Source: an uncultured Candidatus Rokubacteria bacterium (GTDB lineage: Bacteria > Methylomirabilota > Methylomirabilia > Rokubacteriales > CSP1-6). Taken from it: a DNA stretch of 64,000 nt. The notes beneath the pieces are model-generated. The model saw only the letters and a program-made list of their open reading frames with translations, ran no database searches and had not been told where the DNA came from. Positions 29,510 through 40,355 of the stretch are shown here, one piece after another. A program made the position numbers and the translations under genes. Every line of letters starts with the position of its first letter. Position 1 is the stretch's first letter. The DNA lies in assembly GCA_963762145.1 (NCBI GenBank), contig CAVXJS010000021.1, forward strand, positions 192,001 through 256,000. The letters run 5' to 3'.

Positions 29510-30601
29510 ATGACCGACATCTCCGTCAATCTTGGCTCGCGCGCGTACCGGATCCTGGTCGCCATCGGCGCCCTGGGCACGGTAGGGGTCGAGCTCGCCA
29601 AGCTTCGCGTCGGCCGCAAGGCCGTCCTGATCACCGATCCCGCGATCGACCGGCTGCACGGCGAGCTCGTGGCACGGAGCCTCTCCGGGGCCGGCTTCGA
29701 TCTGATCCGGATCGCGGTTCCGGAGGGCGAGCAGGCCAAGGGGCTCGAGACGGCGCGAGAGCTATGGGACCGGCTGCTCGACGAAGGGTGCGATCGGAGC
29801 TCCACCGTGGTGGCCCTGGGGGGCGGCGCGGTCGGGGATCTCTCGGGCTTCGTCGCCGCCACCTACATGCGCGGTATGAACTTCGTCCAGGTGCCCACCA
29901 CGCTCCTGGCCCAGGTGGACGCGTCGATCGGAGGCAAGACGGCCATCGATCATCCCCGGGCCAAGAACCTGATCGGCGCCTTCCACCAGCCCCGGCTGGT
30001 CCTGGTGGACCCCGCGGTGCTGAGCACGCTGCCCGAGCGCGAGTTCCGCTCGGGGCTGGCCGAGGTGATCAAGCACGGCATCGTCCTGGACGCGGCCTAC
30101 TTCCGCGACCTGGAGCAGAGCATTCCCGCCTTGCTCGCGCGGGATCTGCCGACGCTGGAGCGGGTGGTCGCGGGCTCCTGCCGCCTCAAGGCACAGGTCG
30201 TGGAGCGCGACGAGCAGGAAGCCGAGCTGCGCTGGGTGCTGAACTACGGCCACACGATCGGGCACGCCCTCGAGGCCGCCACCGCGTTCACCCGCTGGGC
30301 GCACGGCGAGGCGGTGTCGCTGGGAATCGCGGCGGAGTCCCGGCTGGCCGAGCGCCTGGGCCTGGCGGGCCCGGCCACCCGGGATCGACAGGTGGCCCTG
30401 CTTCGAGCGGTGGGCCTGCCGGTGGCCGGTCTCGGGGCGGAGCCCGCCGCGGTGCTCGACGCGCTCAGCCGGGACAAGAAGGCGCGCGACGGCCGGATCC
30501 CCTTCGTCCTCTCGCCGGAGATCGGCCGGTTCCAGGTCGTGTTCGACGTGTCCCCCGCCGACATCCTCGCCACCTTGAATCAGCTCACGGCCGACGCGTG
30601 A
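29510..30601 (+). CDS. aroB: 3-dehydroquinate synthase
   Basis: ALGGGAVGDL, RGMNFVQVPTTLLAQVDASIGGK, LNYGHTIGHALE, HGEAV. Confidence 0.96.
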   Translation: MTDISVNLGSRAYRILVAIGALGTVGVELAKLRVGRKAVLITDPAIDRLHGELVARSLSGAGFDLIRIAVPEGEQAKGLETARELWDRLLDEGCDRSSTVVALGGGAVGDLSGFVAATYMRGMNFVQVPTTLLAQVDASIGGKTAIDHPRAKNLIGAFHQPRLVLVDPAVLSTLPEREFRSGLAEVIKHGIVLDAAYFRDLEQSIPALLARDLPTLERVVAGSCRLKAQVVERDEQEAELRWVLNYGHTIGHALEAATAFTRWAHGEAVSLGIAAESRLAERLGLAGPATRDRQVALLRAVGLPVAGLGAEPAAVLDALSRDKKARDGRIPFVLSPEIGRFQVVFDVSPADILATLNQLTADA

Positions 30602-30650
30602 GGCGCGCAGAATTGTCTCCCTCACGCCCCCCGCGTATTACACTCTGGTC

Positions 30651-31314
30651 ATGACGCCGGAGCCTCAAGTCGGCGCCCCGGTCACCACCGAGGACAGCGC
30701 CCTGACCGCGGCGATCCGACGCTACGAAGAGCGTCTGGCGCGGGACCCCGGCTCGCTGGCGTTCGCCCCCCTGGCGGATGCCTATCGCAAGGCCGGTCGC
30801 GCGCCCGACGCCATTCGACTCTGCCGCGAGGGCCTCGACCGCTTTCCGCAGTACGTGACGGCCCGCCTGATCCTGGCGAAGGCGCTCCTCGACGACGGCA
30901 ATCCGCGACGGCGCGCTCGACGAGGTGCGCGCGATTCTCACGACCAGCCCGCAGGAGGCGCAGGCGCATCGACTGGCCGGCGACCTGTACCGGCGGGCCG
31001 GTGCCCTGGGCGACGCGGTCCAGCACCTGGAGCAGGCGGTGCGCCTCGATCCCGGGGACCGAGAGTCCCGCGCGCTCCTCGACGTCCTCGGAGCCGGCGG
31101 GGCGGTGCCGGATGGCTCGGCGCTGAAGCAGCTTCTGGCCGACGACACGTTCGCCACCCTGAGCTTCGGCACCCTGTGCCTCGAGCAGGGCCTGGTGGAC
31201 GAGGCGGCCCAGATCTTCCTGCGTCTCCTCCACCGCGACCCGGGGCACACGCGCGCCCGGGAGCGACTGGAAGAGGCGCTCCGACTCAAGACACAACGAC
31301 GGAAAGGGTCCTGA
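30651..31314 (+). CDS. TPR protein (frameshift near 30907)
   Basis: [16 protein letters not shown] and TPR-like repeats continuing in the 30925 frame. Confidence 0.75.
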
Positions 31315-31318
31315 CTGT

Positions 31319-31888
31319 ATGGCAGTGTCCACGGCCGAATTCAAGAAGGGTCTGAAGATCCAGTTCGACGGGGCGCCCTACACCATCGTCGACTTCCAGC
31401 ACGTCAAGCCCGGCAAGGGCGGCGCGTTCGTGCGCACCAAGCTCAAGCACATGAAGCTCGGGCGGGTCATCGACAACACGTTCCGGGCGGGCGAGAAGGT
31501 CGAGCTGGTCGACTTCGAAGAGAAGCGGATGCAGTTCCTGTACAAGGACGACCGGTACAACTTCATGGATCTCGACACGTACGACCAGATCTCCCTGTCC
31601 GCCGAGGAGGTCGGGGACGCCCGCGACTTCCTCAAGGAGAACACCGAGGTGGAGATCCTGTTCATCGACGCGAGTCCGGTCACGGTGGAGCTACCGAACT
31701 TCATCGAGCTGCAGATCGCCAAGACCGATCCCGGCATCCGAGGTGACACCGCCTCCGGCGGCTCCAAGCCCGCCACTCTCGAGACCGGCGCGGTGGTCCA
31801 GGTGCCGCTCTTCCTCAACGAGGGCGACGTGGTGAAGGTCGACACCCGCAGCGGCGAGTACCTCGGCCGCGTGTCGGCGGCGGGCTAG
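31319..31888 (+). CDS. efp: Elongation factor P
   Basis: [33 protein letters not shown]. Confidence 0.97.
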   Translation: MAVSTAEFKKGLKIQFDGAPYTIVDFQHVKPGKGGAFVRTKLKHMKLGRVIDNTFRAGEKVELVDFEEKRMQFLYKDDRYNFMDLDTYDQISLSAEEVGDARDFLKENTEVEILFIDASPVTVELPNFIELQIAKTDPGIRGDTASGGSKPATLETGAVVQVPLFLNEGDVVKVDTRSGEYLGRVSAAG

Positions 31889-31892
31889 CGTC

Positions 31893-32376
<484 letters not shown>

Positions 32377-32386
32377 CCCTCGGGTG

Positions 32387-33722
32387 ATGTTCCACAAGAT
32401 CCTCATCGCCAACCGGGGCGAGATCGCGCTCCGGATCATCCGGGCGTGCCGCGAGATGGGAATCCGGACCGTGATCGCCCACTCCACCGCCGACGCCGAC
32501 TCCCTGCCCGTGCGCCTGGCCGACGAGTCCGTCTGCATCGGGCCGCCCGAGGCGCGCCTGAGCTACCTCAACATCCCGAGCATCATCTCGGCGGCCGCGA
32601 TCACCGACAGCGAGGCGATCCACCCCGGCTACGGTCTGCTCGCCGAGAACTCCGCCTTCGCGGAGATCTGCCGCGCGTGCGGCATCACCTTCATCGGCCC
32701 GTCGCCCGAAGCCATCCGCCTCATGGGCGACAAGGCCCAGGCCCGGGAGATGGCCAAGCATGCGGGCGCGCCGGTGGTCCCGGGCAGCGAGGGGCCGCTC
32801 TCCGGCGTGGACGAGGCGCAGACCCTCGCGGACTCGATGGGGTACCCGGTCATCGTCAAGGCGGCGGCGGGCGGCGGCGGGCGCGGGATGCGCATCGTGC
32901 GCGAGCGGGAAGCGCTGGCCCGCGCCTACACGACCTGCCAGGCGGAGGCGGGCGCCGCGTTCGGATCCTCCGAGCTCTACCTCGAGAAGTTCGTGGAGGA
33001 CGCCCGACACGTCGAGGTGCAGGTGCTCGGGGACAAGAACGGCATGCGCGCTGCACCTGGGCGAGCGCGACTGCTCCGTGCAGCGCCGGCATCAGAAGCT
33101 CCTCGAGGAGGGGCCCGCGCCCGCGCTGCCGCCGGAGACCCGGGCCGGCCTCCACAAGTCGGCGCTCGCGGTGTCGAACGCGGTCAACTACGTGTCGGCG
33201 GGCACGGTGGAGTTCCTGGTCGACCGGGAGGGACAGTTCTACTTCATCGAGATGAACACGCGCATCCAGGTCGAGCACCCGGTGACCGAGATGATCACCG
33301 GCATCGACATCGTCCGCGAGCAGATCCGAATCGCCTCCGGGGAAGCGCTCGGGTACAAGCAGAGCGCGGTGACCTTCAGCGGCCACGCCATCGAGTGCCG
33401 GATCAACGCGGAGGACCCCGAGCATTTCATCCCCTCCCCGGGCCGCATCACCGCCTGGATCGCCCCGGGCGGCCCCGGGGTCCGCGTGGACAGCCACATG
33501 ATGACCGGCTACACGGTGCCGCCCTACTACGACTCGCTCATCGCCAAGATCATCGTCCACGGCCGCGACCGCAACGAGGCGATCGCCCGGATGCAGCGGG
33601 CTCTCCACGAGACGGTGGTCGAGGGCGTCAAGACGACGATCCCCTACCACCTGAAGCTGCTGGCCGACCCGGCGTTCGTGGCGGGCGGATCAACGCTGGC
33701 CCGGCTCGAGCAGAACCTCTAG
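32387..33722 (+). CDS. accC: Biotin carboxylase (frameshift near 33047)
   Basis: [24 protein letters not shown]; then [34 protein letters not shown] in a second frame. Confidence 0.93.
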
Positions 33723-33730
33723 GGCGCCGC

Positions 33731-34357
33731 GTGCGGCTGCCCTCGCCGCTGTACGCGATCCTCGACCGCTCGGTCTCCGGTGGCCGCGAGCTACCCGCCC
33801 TGCTGGATGCGGTCCTGGGAGGCGGCGGCCGGTTCGTCCAGCTTCGCGAGAAGACCCTGCCGCTCACCGAGCTCCTGCCGATGGCGCGACACTTCGCGCG
33901 ACGATGCCGGGAGGCCGGCGCGCTCTTCATCGTGAACGACCGAGCCGACCTCGCCCTGGCCGCGGGCGCCGACGGGCTCCACGTGGGACAGGACGATCTG
34001 CCGGCGCGCCGGGCCCGCCAGATCCTGCGGCCCGGAATGATCCTCGGGGTGTCGACCCACGACCCCGAGCAAGCGCGGCGCGCCGTCGCGGACGGCGCCG
34101 ACTACGTCGCGGTGGGCAGCATCTACCCGACCTCGACGAAGGCCGGGTTCCAGCTGGTCGGGGCGGACCTGATCCGCCGGGTGCGGCCGGACGTGCCGGT
34201 TCCGCTCGTGGGTATCGGCGGCATCACCGCCGACAACGCGAGGGCGGTGCTCGACGCGGGGGCGGACGCCGTGGCGGTGATCTCCGCCCTCTGCGCGGCG
34301 CCGGATCCCGAAGCCGCGACGAGGGCCTTGCTCGGGCGCATCGTCGCGGATCGGTAA
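33731..34357 (+). CDS. thiE: Thiamine-phosphate synthase
   Basis: [37 protein letters not shown]. Confidence 0.92.
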   Translation: MRLPSPLYAILDRSVSGGRELPALLDAVLGGGGRFVQLREKTLPLTELLPMARHFARRCREAGALFIVNDRADLALAAGADGLHVGQDDLPARRARQILRPGMILGVSTHDPEQARRAVADGADYVAVGSIYPTSTKAGFQLVGADLIRRVRPDVPVPLVGIGGITADNARAVLDAGADAVAVISALCAAPDPEAATRALLGRIVADR

Positions 34358-34369
34358 GGCCTCTCGCGT

Positions 34370-36136
34370 ATGCGCCGGCTCGTCCCGCTCGCCGTCGCGG
34401 TCCTCACCGCGGTGCCCTTCCTCTCCACGCTGTCCGGCTCGTTCCTCAACTGGGACGACAACGTCAACTTCCTCGAGAATCCGGCGTATCGTGGGCTCGA
34501 CCTCGAGCATGTCCGCTGGGCCTTCACGAGCGTGGCCTTCGGCCATTACATCCCGCTGACCCGTCTCACCTGGAGCCTCAACTGGGTCCTGGGCGGGATG
34601 AACCCCTGGGGCTATCACCTGGTGAACGTGCTGCTGCACGCCGTCAACGCGGCCCTCTTCTACGTCGTGGCCCGGCGCCTGCTGGCTGCCGCGGTGGCCG
34701 ATGGCGCCCAGGCCGGACGGCACGGAGCCGACCTGTGCGTGGCCGCGGCGGTCGCCGCGCTGGTCTTTGGCGTTCATCCGCTGCGGGTCGAGCCGGTGGC
34801 CTGGATCACCGGCCGCCCCGACCTGCTCTGCGGCTCCTTCGTGCTGCTCACGACGTGGGCTTACCTCCGTGCGACCGAGAGCGGAGGGCCCGCCCACCGC
34901 GGCCTCATCGGGATCGCCTCCGTCACACTCGGGGCCGCGCTGCTCTCCAAGGGAGCCGCGCTGCCGTTCGTCGGGGCGCTCTTCATCCTCGATGTCTACC
35001 CTCTCCGCCGAGTCCGGCGGCTGGGCCTCCGCGCCCTGGTGCGGGAGAAGCTCCCGCTCCTGCTGGTGACGGTGGCGGGGGCGGGAGCCGTCATCTACGC
35101 GGTCCGGCAGGGCGCCGTCCTCACCCTCATCTCCGAGCACGGCGGCGGCGCCCGGATCTCCGCGGCGGCCCATACCTTTCTCGTCGCCCCGCTGAGGGTG
35201 ATCTGGCCGGCCGCCCTGTCCCCGCTCTACGAGATGCCGGCGCGGATCAGCCCGCTCGAGCCCAGATTCGCCCTGGCCCTGGCCGGCGTGATCGTGGTCA
35301 CCGTGGTGCTGATCGGGTTGCGCAGGCGCTGGCCCGGAGGCCTCGCGGCGTGGGCGTTCTCGATCCTCATGCTCGCCCCGACGAGCGCGGTGGTGAGGCA
35401 GGGTGTCGATCTGTCGCCCGACCGTTACACCTACCTCTCCGGCATGGGATTCGCCGTCCTCGTGGGGGGTGCGACCCTCGGCCTGATCCGGCTCGTTCGG
35501 CAAGGAACCCTGACCCGTTCCCTTGGATGGTCTGCCGCCTTCGCGGGCCTGATCGCGATCGGGGCCCTCGCGAGCGCCGCGTGGAGCTACAGCCTGGTCT
35601 GGGGGGAATCGGAGACGCTCTGGCGCTGGGCCATCGAGGTCAATCCCGACTGCGGCGTCTGCCACGGCAAGCTCGGCGAGAGCGCCCTCGGCGGGCCGGG
35701 GGGACAGGCGCGGACCACGGAGGCCGAGGCGCTGTTCCGCCACGCGATCGCCTTGCGGCCGGATCTCCCCGACGCGTACTACAACCTCGGAACGGCCCTG
35801 GTGCTCCAGGGGCGATATAAGGATGCAGAGGTACCGCTCCGTAGGTACATGGAGCGCGCGCCCTGGTCCCCGTCGGGACCGGAGCGCCTGGGCCTCGTGT
35901 ACCTCCTGCAGGGCGAGCATGAAGCGGCCGTCCCGCTCCTCCGGACTGCGTTCGCCCTGAAGCCGGGTGCCCCGGACCTGGGCCGCTATCTGATCCAGGC
36001 CCTCGAGGGCCAGGCCCGGGCGCTCGAGGCCCAGGGACGAGCCGGCGAAGCCGGGGCGCTCCTGGCGGAGGCGCGTGCTGTCATCTTGAAGCCGTCGAAG
36101 CCACCCGCCGCGTCCGGTCCATCGTCGCGCCCATGA
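34370..36136 (+). CDS. TMTC-like GT-C membrane protein with C-terminal TPRs, paralog 1
   Basis: NWDD, GYHLVNVLLH, HPLRVEPVAWITGR, LLSK, WPAALSPLY, DRYTYL, SETLW, TPR repeats. Confidence 0.82.
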   Translation: MRRLVPLAVAVLTAVPFLSTLSGSFLNWDDNVNFLENPAYRGLDLEHVRWAFTSVAFGHYIPLTRLTWSLNWVLGGMNPWGYHLVNVLLHAVNAALFYVVARRLLAAAVADGAQAGRHGADLCVAAAVAALVFGVHPLRVEPVAWITGRPDLLCGSFVLLTTWAYLRATESGGPAHRGLIGIASVTLGAALLSKGAALPFVGALFILDVYPLRRVRRLGLRALVREKLPLLLVTVAGAGAVIYAVRQGAVLTLISEHGGGARISAAAHTFLVAPLRVIWPAALSPLYEMPARISPLEPRFALALAGVIVVTVVLIGLRRRWPGGLAAWAFSILMLAPTSAVVRQGVDLSPDRYTYLSGMGFAVLVGGATLGLIRLVRQGTLTRSLGWSAAFAGLIAIGALASAAWSYSLVWGESETLWRWAIEVNPDCGVCHGKLGESALGGPGGQARTTEAEALFRHAIALRPDLPDAYYNLGTALVLQGRYKDAEVPLRRYMERAPWSPSGPERLGLVYLLQGEHEAAVPLLRTAFALKPGAPDLGRYLIQALEGQARALEAQGRAGEAGALLAEARAVILKPSKPPAASGPSSRP

Positions 36137-38043
36137 GGTCCCCGAGAAGCCTCGGCCTGCTCGTGCCCGGGCTGATCTTCCTGCTCGTCGGCGCGGTGTT
36201 CCTTCCGGCGCTGAACGGAGAGTTTCTCAACTGGGACGACTCGGTCAACTTCGTGGCCAACCCCCACTACCGCGGTCTGGCCTGGCCGCAGATCAGGTGG
36301 ATGCTGGGGGCAACGCTCATGGGCCACTACATCCCGGTGACCTGGTTGAGCTTCGGGCTGAACTACACCCTGGGTGGAATGAATCCCTGGGGCTACCACC
36401 TCGGAAATCTCCTGGTCCACGCCACCAACGCCACACTCGTGTACCTCATCGCCCGCCGTCTTCTTGCGGCGGCGCACGGAGATGGTGCGCAGCGGGGGCA
36501 CACGGCGGGCCCGATCGTGGCCGCGGGGGCGTTCGCGGCCGTGGTATGGGGCGTTCACCCGCTGCGCGTCGAGTCCGTGGCGTGGATCACCGAGCGGCGA
36601 GACGTCCTCTGCGGGCTGTTCTTTCTGCTCACCATCCTCGCCTACCTGAAGAGCCTCGAGCGGGGCGGGCACCCCAGGCCGATCTGGCAGGTGGTGGCCT
36701 TGGTCGCGTTCGCGGCGGCCCTCCTGTCGAAGGCGGCGGCGATGCCCCTGCCTGCGGTCTTGCTCCTGCTGGATCTCTACCCACTCCGACGGAGGGGTGC
36801 CGGTTGGAAGCGGCTGGTCATCGAGAAGGTCCCGTACGCGGTCCTTGCCGGCGCGACCGCGGTGGTCGCTCTGATCGCCCTGCCCCGCGGCGCTGCCGTG
36901 ACGTCGTACGAATCGTACGGCATGGGCGCCCGGATCGGCATGGTCGCCTATAGCTTCATGTTCTATCCTTCAAAACTTATTTTGCCAGTTAGTCTTTCGC
37001 CGATGTACGAGCTGCCCGCCCGGGTCGAGCTCGGCAGCTGGCCCTTTCTTGCTGCGCTCGTGGGGGTCGTGGGGGTAACCGCGATCCTCCTCCTAATCCG
37101 GACCAGGTGGCCGGGAGGTCTCGCCGCATGGACGTACTCGGCACTGATGGTGCTCCCGGTCAGTGGCTTCGTCCATGCGGGCAGCCAGCTCGTCAACGAC
37201 CGCTACAGCTACCTCTCGAGCCTCGGCTTCACGGTCCTGGCCGGCGCCGGACTGCTCGCGGTGCTACGCCTCCGGGAGCGGGGCCGCGCGACGAGGACAA
37301 CCGTCTCGGTGCTGATGGCGGGCGCGGCGCTCGTCATCCTGGCCCTGGGCGTCGCGGCCTGGACGCAGACCTACGTCTGGCGGGATTCGGAGACGCTCTG
37401 GCGGTGGGCGGTCGAGATGGACCCGGCCTGCTCGCTCTGTCAAGGCAACCTGGGCTCCGCCATCACCACGGCGGCGCTGGGGCAGGCCCGCCTCGATGAG
37501 GCGGAAGGGCACCTGCGTCGGGCGATCGAGCTACGGCCCGACAACCCCATCCCCCACTTCAACCTCGGGACCCTTCTGTCGGTCCGGACGCGGTACGCCG
37601 AAGCGGAGGCGGCTCTCCGGCGCTACCTCGAGCTCCTGCCGGCCGCACGGGACGGCCTGGGGCGGCTCGGCCTGCTCTACTTGCTCCAGGGTCGTCTCGA
37701 GGATGCGGCCCCGCTCCTCCTACGCGCCCGGGGATTGCCGCCAGCAGGACCCGTGGGGCCGGGCGGCCCGGCCTCCATCACACTCGCGACGGCCATCAGC
37801 CTCGTGGAAGACGATCCGGGAACGCTCATCCTGCTGGGGCGGGCGCTGGTCGAACAGGGGAACCCCGGCGACGCGATCTTCGCACTGCGCCGTGCGGCCG
37901 TCCTGGATCCTTCGGCCGTGCCCGCCCACTTCTGGCTCGTTCTGGCCTACCGGGGCGCCGGGCGGGACGACCTGGCTCGCGAGCAGCTGGATCTCCTGCT
38001 CCGGATCGATCCGCGCGCGGCCGCCGGGGTCCCCGTTCGTTGA
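36133..38043 (+). CDS. TMTC-like GT-C membrane protein with C-terminal TPRs, paralog 2
   Basis: NWDD, GYHLGNLLVH, HPLRVESVAWITERRD, LLSK, DRYSYL, WRDSETLW, TPRs; ATGA overlap with paralog 1. Confidence 0.82.
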   Translation: MRSPRSLGLLVPGLIFLLVGAVFLPALNGEFLNWDDSVNFVANPHYRGLAWPQIRWMLGATLMGHYIPVTWLSFGLNYTLGGMNPWGYHLGNLLVHATNATLVYLIARRLLAAAHGDGAQRGHTAGPIVAAGAFAAVVWGVHPLRVESVAWITERRDVLCGLFFLLTILAYLKSLERGGHPRPIWQVVALVAFAAALLSKAAAMPLPAVLLLLDLYPLRRRGAGWKRLVIEKVPYAVLAGATAVVALIALPRGAAVTSYESYGMGARIGMVAYSFMFYPSKLILPVSLSPMYELPARVELGSWPFLAALVGVVGVTAILLLIRTRWPGGLAAWTYSALMVLPVSGFVHAGSQLVNDRYSYLSSLGFTVLAGAGLLAVLRLRERGRATRTTVSVLMAGAALVILALGVAAWTQTYVWRDSETLWRWAVEMDPACSLCQGNLGSAITTAALGQARLDEAEGHLRRAIELRPDNPIPHFNLGTLLSVRTRYAEAEAALRRYLELLPAARDGLGRLGLLYLLQGRLEDAAPLLLRARGLPPAGPVGPGGPASITLATAISLVEDDPGTLILLGRALVEQGNPGDAIFALRRAAVLDPSAVPAHFWLVLAYRGAGRDDLAREQLDLLLRIDPRAAAGVPVR

Positions 38044-38067
38044 CGAACGTCCAGAAATCGCTATAAT
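38040..38067 (+). promoter_or_regulatory. sigma70-type promoter of liv operon
   Basis: TTGACG (38040-38045), 16 nt, TATAAT (38062-38067). Confidence 0.7.
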
Positions 38068-38116
38068 AGCCGCGCTTGAACCCACCCGTTTTCGTCAGGT
38101 CAAGGAGGAAGAGCCG

Positions 38117-39310
38117 ATGAGATTTGCACGACTTCGCCTCGTCATCGCCGTCATCGCCGCTTTGGCGTTGGTCCTGCCGGTGGCCTCCATCACCGACGCG
38201 CAGTCCAAGGGGACCATCAAGATCGCCTCCCAGAGCCCGCTGTCGGGTGGCCAGGCCGTGCTCGGCGAAGGCATCAAGCTGGGCGCCCAGCTCGCGGTCG
38301 AGAAGCTGAAGGGCAACCTCGAGAAGATGGGCTACAAGGTCGACTTCGTGCCGTTCGACGACCAGGCCAAGCCGGACGTCGGCGTGGCCAACGCGAAGAA
38401 CATCATTGCGGACAAGGACATCATGGTGGTCATCGGCCACCTGAACTCGGGGGTCGCGATCCCGTCGTCCGAGGTCTACAAGGAAGTCACGCTGGCCATG
38501 ATCTCCCCGGCCAACACCAACCCGGTGGTCACCGATCGCAACTACGTCAACGTGAACCGGGTGTGCGGACGTGACGACGTCCAGGGCGTGGTGGGCTCCG
38601 AGTTCGCCCACGGGACCATGAAGGTCAAGAGCGCCTATATCGTGCACGACAAGACCCAGTACGGGCAGAGCATCGCCGAGTTCTTCAAGGCGGACGCCGA
38701 GAAGAAGGGGATCAAGGTCGTGGGCTTCGAGGGCACCGAGGAGAAGTCGAACTTCGATCCGCTCCTCACCCCGATCAAGGCCAAGAACCCCGACATCATC
38801 TACTTCGGCGGGATCTACGACCAGGGGGCGCCCTTCTTCAAGCAGGCGCGCGAGAAGGGGATCAAGTCCAAGTTCATGGGCCCCGACGGCATGGACTCCT
38901 CGGACCTGACCAAGATCGCGGGCAAGGCGGTGGTGGGGATGAACTACACCTCCGCGGCCGGTCCGGCTTCCGCGCTGCCCAAGGCGAAGGCCTTCGTGGA
39001 CGACTACAAGAAGAAGTTCAGCAAGAACCCCGAGCCCTACGCGGCCGAGGCCTACGACGCGACCACGATCGCGATCAAGGCGCTGGAAGAGGCGGCGAAG
39101 AGCGGCAAGGTCACGCGTGAGGACGTCTCCGCCGCGATCCGCAAGGTCAAGCTCTCCGGGATCACCGGCGACATCGCCTTCGACAGCAAGGGCGATCGGC
39201 AGAAGGCCCAGTACTTCGTGCTGACCGTCGCGAGCGACAATCCCGACAAGTGGGGGGACAACAAGATCGTCAAGCAGCTCACGATCGCACCTCCCGCGGT
39301 CAAGAAGTAG
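38117..39310 (+). CDS. Branched-chain amino acid ABC transporter substrate-binding protein
   Basis: Signal peptide, SPLSG, DDQAKP, GHLNSGV, RVCGRDDVQG, YAAEAYDA; AAGGAGG RBS. Confidence 0.92.
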   Translation: MRFARLRLVIAVIAALALVLPVASITDAQSKGTIKIASQSPLSGGQAVLGEGIKLGAQLAVEKLKGNLEKMGYKVDFVPFDDQAKPDVGVANAKNIIADKDIMVVIGHLNSGVAIPSSEVYKEVTLAMISPANTNPVVTDRNYVNVNRVCGRDDVQGVVGSEFAHGTMKVKSAYIVHDKTQYGQSIAEFFKADAEKKGIKVVGFEGTEEKSNFDPLLTPIKAKNPDIIYFGGIYDQGAPFFKQAREKGIKSKFMGPDGMDSSDLTKIAGKAVVGMNYTSAAGPASALPKAKAFVDDYKKKFSKNPEPYAAEAYDATTIAIKALEEAAKSGKVTREDVSAAIRKVKLSGITGDIAFDSKGDRQKAQYFVLTVASDNPDKWGDNKIVKQLTIAPPAVKK

Positions 39311-39324
39311 CGCGGCCATCCGCC

Positions 39325-39354
39325 GGAGGGGCGCCCGGATCCGGGCGCCCCTCC
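39325..39354. repeat. Perfect 30-bp palindrome after the binding-protein gene
   Basis: GGAGGGGCGCCCGGATCCGGGCGCCCCTCC. Confidence 0.85.
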
Positions 39355-39383
39355 CACTGCTCCCGCCTTCCCGTTGACTGCCG

Positions 39384-40355
39384 ATGGACTTTGAGCTCCT
39401 GATCGGCATCTTCCCGCAGGTCCTCATCGACGGCCTCACTCTGGGCTTCATGTACGCCCTGATCGCGCTCGGCTACACCATGGTCTACGGCGTGCTCGAG
39501 TTCATCAACTTCGCCCACTCCGAGATCTTCATCATCGGGGCCTTCGTGGGGGTGGAGATCCTGTTGTCGTTCAAGTCGGCGGGCTGGCTGGACGTGCTGC
39601 CCTGGGTCCTCGTGCTGTTCCTGGTGCTGGTCGCGGGCATGGCGGTGAGCGGCGCCGTCGCGGTGGTGATCGAGCGGACCGCCTACCGGCCTCTGCGCAG
39701 CGCGCCGCGGCTCATTCCCCTGATCTCGGCGATCGGCGTCTCCTTCTTCCTCCAGGACGCGATCCGGCTCTTCGAATCGCTCTGGCGCAACTCCTTCAAC
39801 CTCGTGTACCCGACCATGGATGTGCTCAATCACCGCTTCGAGCTGACCGAGACGATCGACGTCTCCGTCAAATCGCTCGTGGTGATCGTGGCCGCGCTGC
39901 TCATGCTCTGGAGCCTGCACACCCTCGTCAACCGCACCAAGGTCGGGAAGGCGATCCGCGCGGTGGCGGAGGACCAGGCGGCCGCCTCGCTCATGGGCAT
40001 CAACGTGAACCGGATCATCTCGCTGACCTTCCTGATCGGCGGGGCCATGGGCGGGGGCGCCGGCGTGCTCTTCGGCGTGCAGTACAGCCTGATCAACCCC
40101 TACACCGGCTTCATCCCGGGACTGAAAGCCTTCACCGCCGCGGTGCTGGGCGGCATCGGCAATATTCCCGGCGCCATGCTGGGCGGTCTCGTCCTCGGGC
40201 TGCTCGAGGCCTTCGCAGCGTCCTACCTGTCGCTGCTGACCGGCGGTGCCTTCGGGGCGGAGTACAAGGACATCTTCGCGTTCTCGATCCTGATCCTGAT
40301 CCTCATATTCCGTCCGAAGGGTCTCCTCGGCGAAGTGGTGCGGGAGCGGGCATGA
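39384..40355 (+). CDS. livH: Branched-chain amino acid ABC transporter permease LivH
   Basis: YALIALGYTMVYG, INFAH, GKAIRAV, KAFTAAVLGGIG, FRPKGLLG. Confidence 0.92.
   Translation: MDFELLIGIFPQVLIDGLTLGFMYALIALGYTMVYGVLEFINFAHSEIFIIGAFVGVEILLSFKSAGWLDVLPWVLVLFLVLVAGMAVSGAVAVVIERTAYRPLRSAPRLIPLISAIGVSFFLQDAIRLFESLWRNSFNLVYPTMDVLNHRFELTETIDVSVKSLVVIVAALLMLWSLHTLVNRTKVGKAIRAVAEDQAAASLMGINVNRIISLTFLIGGAMGGGAGVLFGVQYSLINPYTGFIPGLKAFTAAVLGGIGNIPGAMLGGLVLGLLEAFAASYLSLLTGGAFGAEYKDIFAFSILILILIFRPKGLLGEVVRERA

Noticed and set aside
32384-34357. Apparent AccC-ThiE fusion (657 aa)
   Set aside because: Created by the frameshift near 33047; the middle is nonsense and the AccC C-terminus is in another frame ending at 33722
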